Assembly: GCF_000281045.1 (NCBI RefSeq)
Contig: NW_008246088.1
Coordinates: forward strand, 53,496 to 117,495
DNA: 64,000 nt
Origin: Saprolegnia diclina VS20
Lineage: Eukaryota
Direction of reading: 5' to 3'
Notes under the pieces: model-generated
Told to the model about the DNA's origin: nothing
Databases searched by the model: none
Seen by the model: the letters and a program-made list of their open reading frames with translations, nothing else
Shown here: one piece after another, positions 9,540-22,268 of the stretch
Layout of the letters: the number at the start of each line of letters is the position of its first letter
How positions within the stretch are numbered: position 1 is the stretch's first letter
Position numbers and translations under genes: made by a program

Positions 9540-10758
9540 TACATGACAGCAGTCCTTCGCTCTCCGCCGCGTGTCCGAGAAAGCGCCACTGACGGTTGAG
9601 GCATCCGTGAAGCTCGACCAGATCTTTGCTCGACATTCCGACCTCTTTGTCCGCGACGATCCGCTCTTGGCAGCGTTTGTGGCGCACCACATGCACCTGG
9701 GCCATCACTCGTTCTACTACCGGTACCTCTCGACGCTGCCTGCGCCAGAGTCGATTCAAAACTTGACCATCGACGAGCTCGCGTCCTTGCAAGACCCGTA
9801 TTCTGCTAAAATTCTTATTGTAGAAATGATATCTTATTGTTCATCGTCACTAGGAGCCTCGTGAAGATAGCCGGCCAGCGCAACGCCGAGATCGTCACGT
9901 GGTACGAACGCCTCACTGACCGCCTCTTCCGCCTCTACCGGGTAAATCGTCCTCCATTTTCGATCCTCTGTCTAACAACTTTTCTGTAGGAGCTCTTTAA
10001 CGCGACAAGTTTTTCATTCGAAACCTTTCGTTTTGCGTGGCAGACTATCCAAGCTCGCACGTTTGGTATTTGACATTCCTCAGGCAGCCATTCCAAATGC
10101 GATAGTGTAGGCCGGCGCCTGCCATGGACGGCGCTTGTGCCCTTGGCCGACATGCTCAACCGCGCCAACCACGCCAACTTCTACGCGTACTGGAACAAGA
10201 CGTTCGAGAGGCACTCGTCCATCGGTTACAAGCGCGGCGACCAATTCAACAGCTACGATCGACACCCCCACTGTACCTTCGATGACAATTTCGACACATT
10301 TCATAGCTTGCACTAGACCAACTGCTGTTCGACTTCGGGTTTGCGCTGCGTGAGAATGAGTGGGACTATCTCGACATGGACCTGCACCTCGACGAATCTA
10401 GTGATGGTAAGCTGTCCTCCAGCTTTTACGCCTGCGTTCAATATCGTGTCATTTTTCTAGAAATCGAACCAAGCAAAGCAGGCCCGAGAGGCGGCGCCCT
10501 GTACAACTACTGCTCGGGCCTCGTCACAGCGCACGCCGCGTGCCTTATGAAGCCGGCGTCAACGGATCTAGTGATGGTAAGCTGTCCTCCAGCTTTTACG
10601 CCTGCGTTCAATATCGTGTCATTTTTCTAGAAATCGAACCAAGCAACGTGCTGGGCTTCCTGGACGGGCGCCTCCGAGCCCGACCGGCTCCGGGGCGCGC
10701 TGTCCAGCCGGGCCCGCGGGGTTATCTCGTGTACATACTGCCCTTAGAATACTACTAG
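9540..10758 (+). pseudogene. SET-domain (Rubisco LSMT/SETD3-like) methyltransferase, apparently 5'-truncated and rearranged
   Basis: Spliced fragments read SFYYRYLSTLP, FRFAWQTIQARTFG, ALVPLADMLN..NH, FNSY and QLLFDFGFAL. No N-terminal SET half or clear start is visible. An internal 81-bp duplication disrupts the 3' part. Confidence 0.5.
10396..10646 (+). repeat. Exact 81-bp direct repeat (10396-10476 and 10566-10646) containing a GT-AG intron
   Basis: ATCTAGTGATG|GTAAGCTG...TTTTTCTAG|AAATCGAACCAAGCAA occurs twice, 170 bp apart. Confidence 0.95.
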
Positions 10759-10947
10759 TAAACTCTTCAGTCGAAGTATCAGACTCCGGGTGCATGAGGG
10801 CTATTCTGCATGTTTGCCATTGTCCTCGCGAGGCTCGAATCATGAGTTTGTGGAATTACCCGATATTTGACGGCAAATCCGCATGGTAGAGATTGTTTAA
10901 TTCGCGGTGCATCAAGTTGGCTAACTCAATCGCGGTTCCAGCAGAAT

Positions 10948-12161
10948 TTAGAGCTTGGCGTTGGCGGGAGGGACCCACTGCAAGACGTCGAGCGCGCAGC
11001 CCCGGTGCAATGTGTGGCCGCTTCCTCCGTGACCGTAGTTGTGGATCACGAGCGCACCGTAGCGATTGCGACGGGGCGCAGCGCGGAGAACGACCCCGCT
11101 GGCGGTCTGCGGACGCAAGCCCGCCTTGGTCCCGAGCACTTTGGAGCCGGCCACGAGTGGGCAAATGCGCTCGCAGCGCGCACGAATGGCTGCAATGTCG
11201 CTTTCGTCGCAGTCCGTCGAGTAGTTGTGCGCTTGCACCGTGCCACCCAAGACGACTTCGCCACCCGGGCGCGGCAAGATGTACGTGTACACATGGTTGA
11301 CTTCGTGCATCTGGAACTCCTTGATCGCGGGGTTGAAGATCTAAAGGTCAACCTTCGTCCACCATCCAGTGAGTATAGTGCGTACCTTGATGGTTTGGCC
11401 GCGGACGGGAAAGGCGCTGGCATCCGGCGCAAGCTGCTTGGCCCCCATACCTGCAACACGCTTATGTCACTCCGGCTTCGAGAGGTATGTCGTACCTGTG
11501 CAGTTGACGACGACATCGCACTGGAGCTCGTCCAAGCTCTCGACACGGCGCGTCTCAAAGCGCCCGCCGAGACGCGCGATGAGGCTGCGCATCCACGGCA
11601 GCAGCTTTCTACAGCATGGGATAAGAATATAAGCATATACTGACGGAGAAGGCGCACCCAGGATGCACGAGAATCGTCGAGTACGCAAACCCGTACGGCG
11701 CGCCGTTCGCGTTGGCTTCGGCCGGCGAGAGGAATCGAAAGTCGTCGACAGAGTGCGCCCAGTACGGATGGCTCACCTACGAGAGTGGTTAATGGCCAAG
11801 GCGACGTCGAAAGCGGCGCCACACGGTGGGCGTATCATGGTACTCGCGACCCATCACGCGATGGATACCCACGACATCGGTCCCATGTTCGCGCAAGAGC
11901 TTGGCGAGCCACTGCATTGTGGCATGGCCCCAGCGACTAGAGAGGTCATGACGTTGCTGCCGCCGTCGACTGTACGTACTCGATCGCCGCTGTCGACGAG
12001 TTCTCCGAGAGAGCAAACGGGCGCCAGATTGCGCCGGCGACATGCGACGTCGTGTCGTCAAAGCTCTCGGCGACGATCGTCACGCGCTTGTGCCCGGCCT
12101 CGAGCAGCGCCAAGGCTGTCGCGAGACCGACGACCCCGCCGCCAACGACGATGATGTTCAT
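10948..12161 (-). CDS. D-amino acid / D-aspartate oxidase, peroxisomal (multi-exon)
   Basis: N-terminal IIVVGGGVVG FAD motif, plus TTSHVAGA, DVVVNCTG, YILPR, GLRP and HNYGHGGSG. C-terminal AKL is a PTS1. Confidence 0.9.
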
Positions 12162-13083
12162 CTTTGGACCAAAATCGAATGTGAGTGGGTCATGATCCGG
12201 TTACGAGGTTATATCTTTATCCGGCGAACCCACAACACACCCACAAGAATTCGATCCGCGCGCGTGCTGATTGGTTTAAATTATACAGCGAATGAGTTTC
12301 ATGCGCAACCGCCGACGTCATCGACGAGGTTGCTTGCCGTGTTGATGCAGCAAGCAGAGGCATCTCTCAGCGTGTCGGCGTCGACAATATGTGCTGCATC
12401 AACACGATAGCGCGTCGTAGTAGCAAACAACGTTGGCCACGCAGGCCGGATGTTCGAAACACAATATAGAACCCTAGACCTCAGGTGTTTAAAACCTTTA
12501 AAAACACCTGGCGTCGATTGTGCCGTCGTGCTGGAAATCGACTGCATCGATCGCAATGTGAAAGTCCAAGGTAGCTTTGCGCTACTTGTTAGCAGAACGC
12601 TTTGCCGCTGGGCGGAGAGTTCGAGGCGCAAGTGTTCGGCGTCGGACACTCCCATAGCTCACTCCCATAGGTCCAAGGATGGTAGATGAGCGTGAGTAGC
12701 AAGAAATGGGATCTTATATGGCGTCCCTTGTCGGCACAACGGGCTCAGCCATTTCACGTACCGTAGGTTGAGGTTGAAGTCCGTGGTTCCTCCTCCGTGG
12801 ACGATGCTTGTTCCAACGCTTTGTACCTCCTCATAATCACCATCCAGAGGGCTCGAGGCATCGGCTAGTACGCAGCAACTACCCATCGCACCATGCCACG
12901 CTCCCACCATCCATGCGTCAAGTTGTCCGACCTCGACGCGCCGTCCCATCAAGGGCGTGACTGGTGACGTGTTTAAAACACGTTTCGAACGCTGTGGCTA
13001 CCACCGGCCACAGTGGCACGTCCGCAGGGTGCGCCACTTGAAGAAACGCGAGTCCATTTTTGCATTTCGGCCTCAGATCTTCA

Positions 13084-14043
13084 ATGGACGACGACCACAA
13101 CTTTTACGACGCGACCGAGCACGCGGTCGTCGCCATGGTCGACCCGTCCCGCGCGCACCAGGTGCTGCAGATGCCCGAGCTCTTTCGCGCGATCGTGCAG
13201 TTCCAGCGCGGCATTGTCATGCCATTTGCGCCCGTTTGCCGCGCGTGGGCGGCGCGCGTGCCGTACCTGCAAGCCCGGTTCTTAGTCCACGCCTTCAACC
13301 TCCACGACGTCTACGAAGCGTCGCTCTTCCAGCAACTCTTTGTGATGCGGCCGCATATGTTTAGCGCCGGCGTCATGGACCTTCTGTGTCGGTACGGCGA
13401 CCTCGACATGGTTCATTTTCTCCATCTCCACGGCGCTCCGTGCTCCAAGGACGCCATGGATTGGGCGTCGAGCGCCGGGCATCTGCACGTCGTTCAGTAT
13501 CTGCACCAACACCGCCGTGAAGGTGCGACGACCGACGCTTTAGACAACGCGGCCAAGCACGGCCACCTTGCGGTCGTCGAGTTTCTCGACCGGCACCGCC
13601 ATGAAGGTGCGACCACCAAGGCGATGGACGAAGCGGCGGTCCACGGCCACCTCGAGGTTGTGCGGTACCTCCACTTTAACCGGCGCGAGGGCTGCACCAA
13701 GTACGGCATGGACCGCGCGGCGCTCGAAGGCCACTTGTGCATCCTCGAGTTCCTGCACAGTCATCGCTACGAGGGCTGCACCGTGAACGCGATCAACTGG
13801 GCGGCGCAGCACGGACATCTCGAGATCGTTCGGTTCCTCCATTCGCACCGGAAGGAAGGGTACACGGCGAACGCGCTCAAGTGGGCGGCGCAGAACAACC
13901 ACTTTGACGTGGTGCACTATCTACTCTCGCGGAAGGAGACGATCCAGCGCCACATGACGTCGACGCGTCACGCGAAAAGCGGGGACCCGCTGCGGCAGAT
14001 TCGGCGGCTAAAGCAAGCCGCGTGCCAATGCAGCGTGAGCTAG
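13084..14043 (+). CDS. Ankyrin-repeat protein (oomycete-expanded type)
   Basis: About seven repeats of AMDxAAxxGHLxVVxFLHxxRxEGCT. Confidence 0.9.
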   Translation: MDDDHNFYDATEHAVVAMVDPSRAHQVLQMPELFRAIVQFQRGIVMPFAPVCRAWAARVPYLQARFLVHAFNLHDVYEASLFQQLFVMRPHMFSAGVMDLLCRYGDLDMVHFLHLHGAPCSKDAMDWASSAGHLHVVQYLHQHRREGATTDALDNAAKHGHLAVVEFLDRHRHEGATTKAMDEAAVHGHLEVVRYLHFNRREGCTKYGMDRAALEGHLCILEFLHSHRYEGCTVNAINWAAQHGHLEIVRFLHSHRKEGYTANALKWAAQNNHFDVVHYLLSRKETIQRHMTSTRHAKSGDPLRQIRRLKQAACQCSVS

Positions 14044-14843
14044 GATTGTTGGTCGTAGGAGTAAGTTAAGCGCAAGTCGATTGTTTACCTTGCGTCGTTC
14101 GACTTGGTTGAAGACGACGATCGAAGGGGCGTTGCCACCACACTTCAACCTTGAAGTTGCCGCTGGCACATAATCTCCGATGGGAGGCTTCAACGAATTG
14201 GCATCCGCGTCCAGCTGCCTTGGACGACAAGATCGTTCGCGTCCGGATAATGTCAACGTCCGGAAAAAGATACGTGCGGGATCCTGGCGATCTTGTAGCG
14301 CGGTGCACGGTACCTGGTGATATAGGCTGTAGGAGGACCTGATTTGATGTCGTTAAGGTCCTGACAGCTCTACGTTGATAACCTCTTGTAGGAAGCATCT
14401 CGACCTCTCCGAGAAGAATTGCCAACAGCTTGGGACCCTCTACCGCTCGATGCATCGTTCTCAGCGAGGTGTGCGCTGCGGCTGCGGTCGGATCTTATCG
14501 AGAATGGTATCGGTCCACCGAGCTGTCTGAGTGGCTCGCCGTCGTGGACCAAGCCCCGTGAATCTCACCAGGCACGCAAGGGGTGATAAAGCCTATCATA
14601 GGCTTCCTCAGCCTCAGCGGGTGCTATCAAGTCTCTAATAGCAGTGAGATGGATCACGTCGCCGTCGAATCTTCCGTGACGAGTGGCCTCGCTGTTTGCG
14701 CAGTTTAGTCGTTTAGTCGAAATGAGCCGACTTTAGTCGGTCTCGGAAAGTTGATACAATAATCCTCTGAAAATGAATACCAAGAGTTGGGTGTTCGAAG
14801 TTCGCAGCAAGTCTCGAGGATCTTTCTCGGCGGCAAGACGGCG

Positions 14844-17731
14844 ATGGACTCGGTCGGGCAAGCCCGCGCGCTGGGCCGCGTGGAAGGCCGCGCGGAAGCG
14901 CTGGAGGAGATCGCAGACCTCCATGGGCAGATCGCAGTGCTCACGAAGCAAGTCGAACAGCTCATGCTCGACCAGGAGAAGACAACGAAGGAGCTCATGA
15001 CCACTGTGTACAAGGACCTCAAGCAAGAGTTTCGGCGCCAAACGACTTCGACGCTGACGCCCAAGGAGGCCATGGACATCATCAAACCGTGTCTTCGCCG
15101 CGTCGCCGAGGTGCAGGTGCCGCAGTCGCAGACGCTCTTCCGCAACGTCTCCTTCATGGCCAAGGACCTCCCGACGACAACGGCGACGTCGCACCCACTG
15201 AGTCCGCCAACGCCACCTGTGTTCCCCGTGACGCCGCCCACTCGCCTGCCTGTCGCCGAGCCACCGGTGACCGCCGAGCCATCGATTCTCGACGAGCCAG
15301 TGGTCCTCAACCATATTTGCGTCGCGGCCACGGAGAAGGTCGGCGCTGGCCGCGCCGCCCACATGGTCTACGTCATCCAAGTGCGCACCGGCGATACTGT
15401 ACGAACGACGTCCGCTTTTCTTTCGTGCGAGTATAAACACGACGATGTAGGGTCTCGTGCTTTCGCAGGTCAAGCGACGCTACAAGGATTTTGTCTGGTT
15501 GTGGGAACGCCTCTCGAGCGCTTATGTGTTTGCCTGCATCCCGACGTTGCCGCCCAAGGTATGTCTTGATCTCTCGACCGTCGCATCTCAAGGACATGTC
15601 AAAGAACGGGCTCCGAGACAACTCCAAGTTCAACCCGCGCTTTGTCGAGAAGCGCAAGCGCGCGCTCCAGCTCTGGATGAACCATCTCGCGTGGCACTAC
15701 GCGATGGGCTTTTCGACCGAGATGCAAACGTTTCTTGACGGCTCGGACCTTGTGCACGTACCTCGTACGCCACCGCTGTTGCTGCCACGGCGCCGTCGTA
15801 CGTCGTCCAACGAAGGCTCGAGCGCACGCAAGCAGGACGACCAGTCGATCAAACGCATCCAAGAAAAGCTACCGGTGCTCCAGCGCCACTTGGTGAAAGC
15901 GAGCAAGCGCCTCGACGGGCTCATCAAAGTCCATGCCGATACGAGCTGCAGCGTCGCGGCCTTTGGCAATGCAGCCACCCACGCAAGCAACTTTGAGCGT
16001 CTTCACGGAAGCGCGACAGCGTGGGACGGCTTTGCAGCGCACGCGCTCTTGCCGTTGCAGCAGTGGCACGACGACACGTGCGAGGTCCTTGACGACTTCT
16101 ATTCCTCGTAGCCATGGTATGTGTAGATGCTCGACGTCTCGCTGCAAGAGACGCTGCATTTCCAGAGCGCCCAAGTAGACCTTGTCCGTGCACTCGCTCG
16201 ACTGTCATGCGCGCTGTGTAGGTCATGCCGCGGTTTGAGAAGCAAGTCCACGACTTGACACGGGATATGGTACCAAGCACGGCCGAGAAGTTGTCGCTCG
16301 AGTGGGACGAGGTGCAGACGATCCAAGCCCGCGCGATGCTCGAAAGCCTTTTGCATGTCGCTACGCACATGCAGCAGTCCCACCACGCCCTTGTCGACGT
16401 GTGGGCGTCGGCGCGGTCCGCGGTCCATACGGTGGCGACACCGCGCTCCTTTGTGCCGCCACCAACGTCATCTTCAGCACCACTGCCGTCGCCACTGGCA
16501 GCGCATTCGCAACACGTTCCTGAGTTTGCCCACCCGACGCTGGAGCGCCCGTTGAAGCCCAACACGTTTGAGTTTATGAACCACCATGTGGACCCAGACG
16601 CAGAAGACGCGCGAACGCTCTTTGGCGGGCCACAAGCCAACCCAAACGCCGTCTTTTCCGTATACGAGAGCTCCGACGAAGACGAAGACGAGGACGACGA
16701 TGCGCCGGCCTTCTCGGCGTCGTGGGATCTCTACATTGATCGCTTGCGACGAAAGCAGAAGAAGCAGGCCAAGGCCGAAGCCGCCGCCGTCGAAGAAGTC
16801 AAGCGCAAGGAGAAGGAGGCCGAAGCTGCGACTGCCGAGGTAGTTGAGATCATCGCGAATGATGCGTGTTAAACGCGGTTTGTCTAGTCGCGCAAGAACC
16901 GCAAGCGACCACAGAGCATGCAGTGGCCACTCAAGCGCATGGCACGGTCGCAGCCTAAGGTCGTCGTCCAAGACGACTTGAGTGCAATGCCCAAGAGCAT
17001 GAGCACCTCCTCCCTCGGTACGTCGTCGTCTTCTTCCTAAAACGCGTACGAGGTCGCATGCAAACTAGATCGCATGGATCCAACCCCGCCTGCGGCTGCG
17101 AGCAAGGCGCCTTTGGAACCCCCAACCAGTGACGTGCGCAGTGTCGACAACTGGATGTCTGCGACCACGGACGGTGGCCAAGTGTACTACTATCACCGCT
17201 TGACGCGCGCCACGCGCTGGACCAAGCCCGACAAGGCCGTCTTGGACGACATTGAAGAACGCTTGGCAGCTCAAGAAGAGGCGACGCAGCGCCGCGTCGA
17301 AGTCCGATCGACGGTCTTGTGCGCCTCAGAACTGATTGGTATGCTAGGAACGCCGCCAATGGTATCAAGAGAACAAACAGCAGCAAGAGAAGGAGGCAGC
17401 CGAAGTCGACGCCTCCCGGCACCTCGTGACGACCCGCGTCCGCGACTGGGCGCGCAACAAGGACGTGGTCATGCTGCTCCGATCACTCCACGAGGTCTTG
17501 CCGCCATCGCTGCTCAAGCCGTCGAGTGCTGCGTGCCCGTACCAGGTCGACGGCGCGGCGACCGTTGCGTCCGTGAAGAAGGCCTATATGAAGGCGGTCC
17601 GCACCATCCACCCCGACAAGCTGCCAAAGGGCGATTTTGACGTCAAGGACCGGTTTCTGGCGCAGACGCTCTTCTCGACGCTGACGCTAGCCCACGACGA
17701 GTACCAGCGGACGCATGCCACGTCGTCGTGA
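14844..17731 (+). CDS. Sorting-nexin-like PX(-BAR) protein fused to a WW domain and an auxilin-like J domain (multi-exon)
   Basis: PX: VKRRYKDFVWLWERL, IPTLPPK, FVEKRKRALQLWMN. WW: WMSATTDGGQVYYYHRLTRATRWTKP. J: VKKAYMKAVRTIHPDKL. The 3' exons join in frame through GT-AG introns (e.g. 16840-16887). Confidence 0.75.
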
Positions 17732-17779
17732 GGACACATAGGACTCGTTGAGCTTATAAATATACGGACGCGGTCGGGA

Positions 17780-18383
17780 CTATCGGTGATTTCGGGTCAT
17801 GCTGCGCACTTTGTTGGTGAAGCGTTCGTCAAACTGCCGCTGCTCGGAGGCGGATGGTCGGAGGTGGGCCTTCTTGGTGGCTTCGATGGGTGCGAGCTTG
17901 GCAACTTTTTCTTGGATGGTCGGGAGCGACTGCGACCAGAGCACGCCATAATCAGCATCGCATCGATCCTCCAAACGGTGAGAGTCGTACTTCGGGTGCT
18001 TCTCGACCTCGAAAAAGCCGACGGCCCGCGCGCTAAAGAACGTAAAGTAGCACGGGTGGCAGACCTTGGCCGTGAACCCGTGGTGAAAGGCCATGACGCC
18101 GACGTCGTTCATGTACCGGCCTTCGATGAGCAGCCGCGTGCGGCAATCGCCGCAAACAATCTCGCCACACTAGTCGACACCCATGAGCCCCCGTCGTCGT
18201 CGTTGGCATCAAGCGATCGAGAGGTACCATGTAGCAATGCTTCTTGGGGTCCAGGTGGAAGTACTGGAAGCAGGTATTGCACTGGTACCGCTCGTCCGGT
18301 TCGACCCAGTGCTCTCGGTGCAGGAGGCGGTCCATCATGAGCAGGTTGAGGTCCTGCACGAAGCTCACGGGCCGGCAGACCAT
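17780..18383 (-). CDS. FYVE-like zinc-finger protein (2 exons)
   Basis: Splicing one intron gives HWVEPDERYQCNTCFQYF..KKHCYM|CGEIVCGDC...KVCHPCY. Confidence 0.65.
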
Positions 18384-18959
18384 CGTCGTCTTGGCGTCGT
18401 TGTCGGATCTCGAAGTCCAAAAGTGGCAACCCGGAGTCTATTTTTATTGCGTTTGTATCAGGCTCATACAAATCACAAGATAGAAGGGATGTTTTTAATG
18501 CAAGACCCCACCAATCCGCGGAGAGCGTGGTCGAAGCGAAGTTCGAAGTTCTTTTGCCAGAACCGCCACGTCGTGAGTCACAGTCTGACTAGCCCGACGC
18601 CGTAAAATGATCACGACACGGTGGTCCACTGCCGCCCACTTGTCTCTGCAGGACGGACACCACTCGCGACCACAGGCTGCGTATTCATCAGCTTTGACGA
18701 CCGAGCCATTGCTGCTCTCCGATTTTCCGCCTTGAAATTTGCCCGGCGGGACAGCCAGAGAACACGATCTCGTCAGTCTGTAGCCGGGCGCCTCGAACGT
18801 CGTTCGAGCTGCAGAGTGTTTTTAGCGGCTGGTGCCAGAGCGTCTTCCGCGGAGACGAGACTCGTCTGCACTGTCCAGCATCGTGGTCTCGAAGGATTGA
18901 TACGTTGATACAATACTGCTAGTAGACAACACTCTATTGCGTGTATGATGAAGGCGTAG

Positions 18960-20244
18960 TTACAGGAGTCCGAGGACGCGGAGACGGCTGTCGTACTCGG
19001 TCTTGCCAATGTAGCACCCGATGAGCGCGCGCTCGCCCTCGAACGCGTGGCGGCCGTGCATGACGCGGTTGTTGTCGACGACCATCATGTCGCCTTCGTC
19101 CAGCTTGTGCACGAGCTCGAGGTGGTCGATCGCACGCCAGAGCTCCTTGTGGTGTTGATAAAACGCAAACGTGTCTTCGAACGAGAGGTGCGTCAGCGCG
19201 GCGCGGTCGCCGTCGTTCAGTCGGAAGCCTTTAATATTGCCGCGGTAGTCGAGGTCGATGACCGTCTTCATCGTCGCCAGCGACGTGTCGTCGTCGAGGC
19301 AGTAGAATGGCAGCGGCGTTTTGCTAAAGAAGGCAAACGCCTCGGGCGCATGCTGCCGGAGGTACTCGGCCACGTGGAAGCCGTCCACATACCGGCTAGC
19401 GCCGTCCGTGGGGCCGCCGGCCGCCTGCTGGACGCAGTTGAAGATCTGAAGACCCGGCGGCGTGTACAGATACGTGCAGTCCGTGTGTGCTTGGAGCTCC
19501 AAGTTTGTCGACGCCGTGTCGTTGTAGCTCATCTCGGCCGTCTGTGGTCGCGTCGTCCACATCGTGCCGTAGACCGTCTCCAGAACAAAGCCAATGCGCC
19601 GGGCAAAAGCCTCAGTGTCGTCCATCGAGTTGGGTGTGTTCTTGATCTACGCCGTCCATCGTCACTCCTATCGCATGATCGGATAGATATGACGTACGAG
19701 GAGAAGCCCGTGCTTCTGCAAGAGCTGCATGCCGTCCCGGAAACCGTCGCCCATCATGTCACCGTAGGTTGACGTCGGCATCGCCAAGTGTTTGTCCCAC
19801 AGCACCTTGTTGTCGAGGCGCTCCTGACGGTACTCGGGCGGGTACGTCGTCTTGGGCGTCGAGTAGACGTGGTCGCGCAGCCACTGGCTGGAGAACGCGC
19901 TCTGCGTGCAGGAAGATCCAACCTAGGCAAAAATCGTGCATAAGCTCCTAGTCCTGGATACAGCGCCGTACAATGGTATCCTGCCATGTGATGGTGAGTG
20001 CGTCCGGCGCGACCGCCATCGTCGCTGGCGCATGCAGAGGGATCGTGGCCGAGTGGATTTGGCGCTGCTTGGTCGACGGGTGCTGGCACTGCGGACACGT
20101 GCAATGGTCGCGGAGCCAGATCTTGTGGAACTTGGCCGAGAAGCCGTCCGACCACGTGAGCTCGATGGCCTCTTGCGCTTCGAGCGGCGTCACTTTGGCG
20201 AGCGAACTCAGCATGCGCCGACTGCGCAACATGGACGCCAGCAT
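18960..20244 (-). CDS. TMLHE: Trimethyllysine dioxygenase / gamma-butyrobetaine dioxygenase family (carnitine biosynthesis)
   Basis: N-terminal WLRDHCTCPQC Zn motif, LQAHTDCTY (HxD), YVDGF and VDNNRVMHGR. Mitochondrial-type N-terminus. Multi-exon. Confidence 0.8.
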
Positions 20245-20832
20245 ATTCTGCTTTGTGCGGAAAATACAAAACTGTGTTGATGCAACAGCACCAGGCAGAG
20301 AGGTTACCTCTATAACTTTATATTCAAAGCGACACCGTCGCCAACTTCAAGTCGCTGGCGTCGTGGCTCCACACTCGCAGCACGGGCTGAGCTCACGGGC
20401 TGTAGTCCTCGAGTCGCACTCTCGTACCTAGTAGGATGTATACGCTAGACCAAAGCGAACCGCGTGCGGCCACCACAGTCGAAGAAGGAAGAGTCGTACA
20501 GTTTGGAGAAAGCAACGGACCGTCGTCGTTGGCAGCCGGCAGCTGCAGTATCCATGCAACCTGCGTCGTGCTGCTCAACTTGAGCTGCACATGTCCATGT
20601 GACGACGACCTCTGCCAACAGTAGGGACGGTGGAAGCATGCTGCGTCCGCCCGACAAAGCCACGACGGGGTCGTGGGGTGGGCCCTCTACTGCTGCGCAC
20701 ACCAACTAAGATTAACACTTCCTGGTGCATGCTCTGTGGGTGGGCGCCTCAATAAGTCTGGTCCCACCTTCTACCTCGCACAAGATATGTCGGCGGTGAA
20801 ATGCATATTTGCTACTGGTTTTCACGACGTAG

Positions 20833-22205
20833 ATGGAGAGCTACCTTCGCGAACGGACGCCGGCCGGCGCCGATCATCCCCGACGTCGTCCTCGGACCAA
20901 CGTCGTTCATCAGCTCCTTGCCCGCGAGAGGTCCGGCGGGCCGCGGGGGCTGCGACCGCTGGCGCGAAGGGCGTGGGCACTGCGCGACGTCGCGCTTCTC
21001 GAGGAGCAGGCGGTGGTCTTGGGCTTTAGCAGCGACGGGCTCTTCTTGCGTACTACTCGCTTCCTTCTCTGCACACGTCAACGAGTCGTCTGTGTAGTGT
21101 ATTACGCGTACTGGGGCCAGGAGCTACGCCTCTTCTGGCGCGCCTTTGAACCGTCGGACGAAAGCGTCGTGCCCGTGGCCATCGCCGTGCGCACGAGCGT
21201 CGGGCCATGGGCACCGCTTGCTGCGACTGCCGAGCTACCCAACGCAGCCGGGCTCTCGCTCGACGACCGCGAGCTGCACGTGTGGCAGAGTCTTTGCGAG
21301 CAGATCGTCGTCGCGATCGCGTGCTCGCCGCATCCCAACGCGCCGTGGTTCCTGACGCTCACACCGGCGCCGCTGCAGGCGTCGTCGCCGACGCTCCGGG
21401 CCGTCTCGAGTCTCCGCCTTCGATTGGCAACGCCCCATGCTCCAAAGTACGCGTGGACCTTCCTCGGAGGCGGCTGCAACCAGCTGCTGTTGCACCTCGG
21501 GTCGACCCTCGTCGTGGTGGGGCTCGCGCACAACGGCGCCGAAGCGCCCACACCGACGATGGCCCCGTGGTATGCGCCCTCCGAGTACGCGCTCGACATG
21601 GTCGTGCTGATTGAGCCCACGTCGTTTCCAAAAGCGTCTCGTACGCTGGGCGTTCAGGTAGCACCTACTGCATCCTCCTCCTCTCGTCCTCCTCATGCAG
21701 CCACGCGCAGGCGGTCTATCAATGGACGTTCGACATTGAGACGTTCTTGCGCACATGGCTCGACAGCGTCCCCGCCCTCGCACCGCGCCTACTTCTCGAC
21801 TATGCGGTTGCTCTCCTTGACAAGGTACTTCATGGACGTATGGCTAAAGCTCAAGAACCCTATTCACTGTGATTTTAGACGCCTTTGATCGCGTTAGGCA
21901 GCTGCTACATGGCCTGCGTGCTTGACGTAGCGCTGCCACGGACGCGGCTCGCACTCTTCATCTACTGGAACACGGTCAGCGGCGCCCATGACGTCCTCCG
22001 CGTCCTCCAGCGACCACCTGCTGGCGACGTGCGCAGCAGTCTGCCGTCGGTGCGCGACAGCTTCCAGACGCACTTGGCCAGGCACGAGCCCGTAGCGCCC
22101 CCAACAGATTGGTGCTACTGGTCCAACGCGAGCGTCTTACGTCGGGCGTCGCTCCATACGCTGTCCAACGCGGTCTTTCCCTTTGACATTCAACTCTGCT
22201 CCTAA
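20833..22205 (+). CDS. DCAF15-like DDB1-CUL4 substrate receptor (multi-exon)
   Basis: N-terminal VVHQLLARE...VVLGFSSDGLFL and C-terminal SNASVLRRASLHTLSNAVFPFDIQL resemble the DCAF15 termini. This is from recall, not an alignment. Confidence 0.45.
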
Positions 22206-22268
22206 CATATCCTTGTACGTGGTGTATGGGCTGTCAGGTGTCACAAACAAGACAGAAAAGGGTCGTTC

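Noticed and set aside
12299..12952. Short ORFs between the DAO and ankyrin genes
   Set aside because: Fragmentary, with no coherent splice model or family.
14066..14700. Possible transposon remnant in a lower-GC intergenic stretch
   Set aside because: No convincing transposase or RT motif, terminal repeats or target-site duplication.
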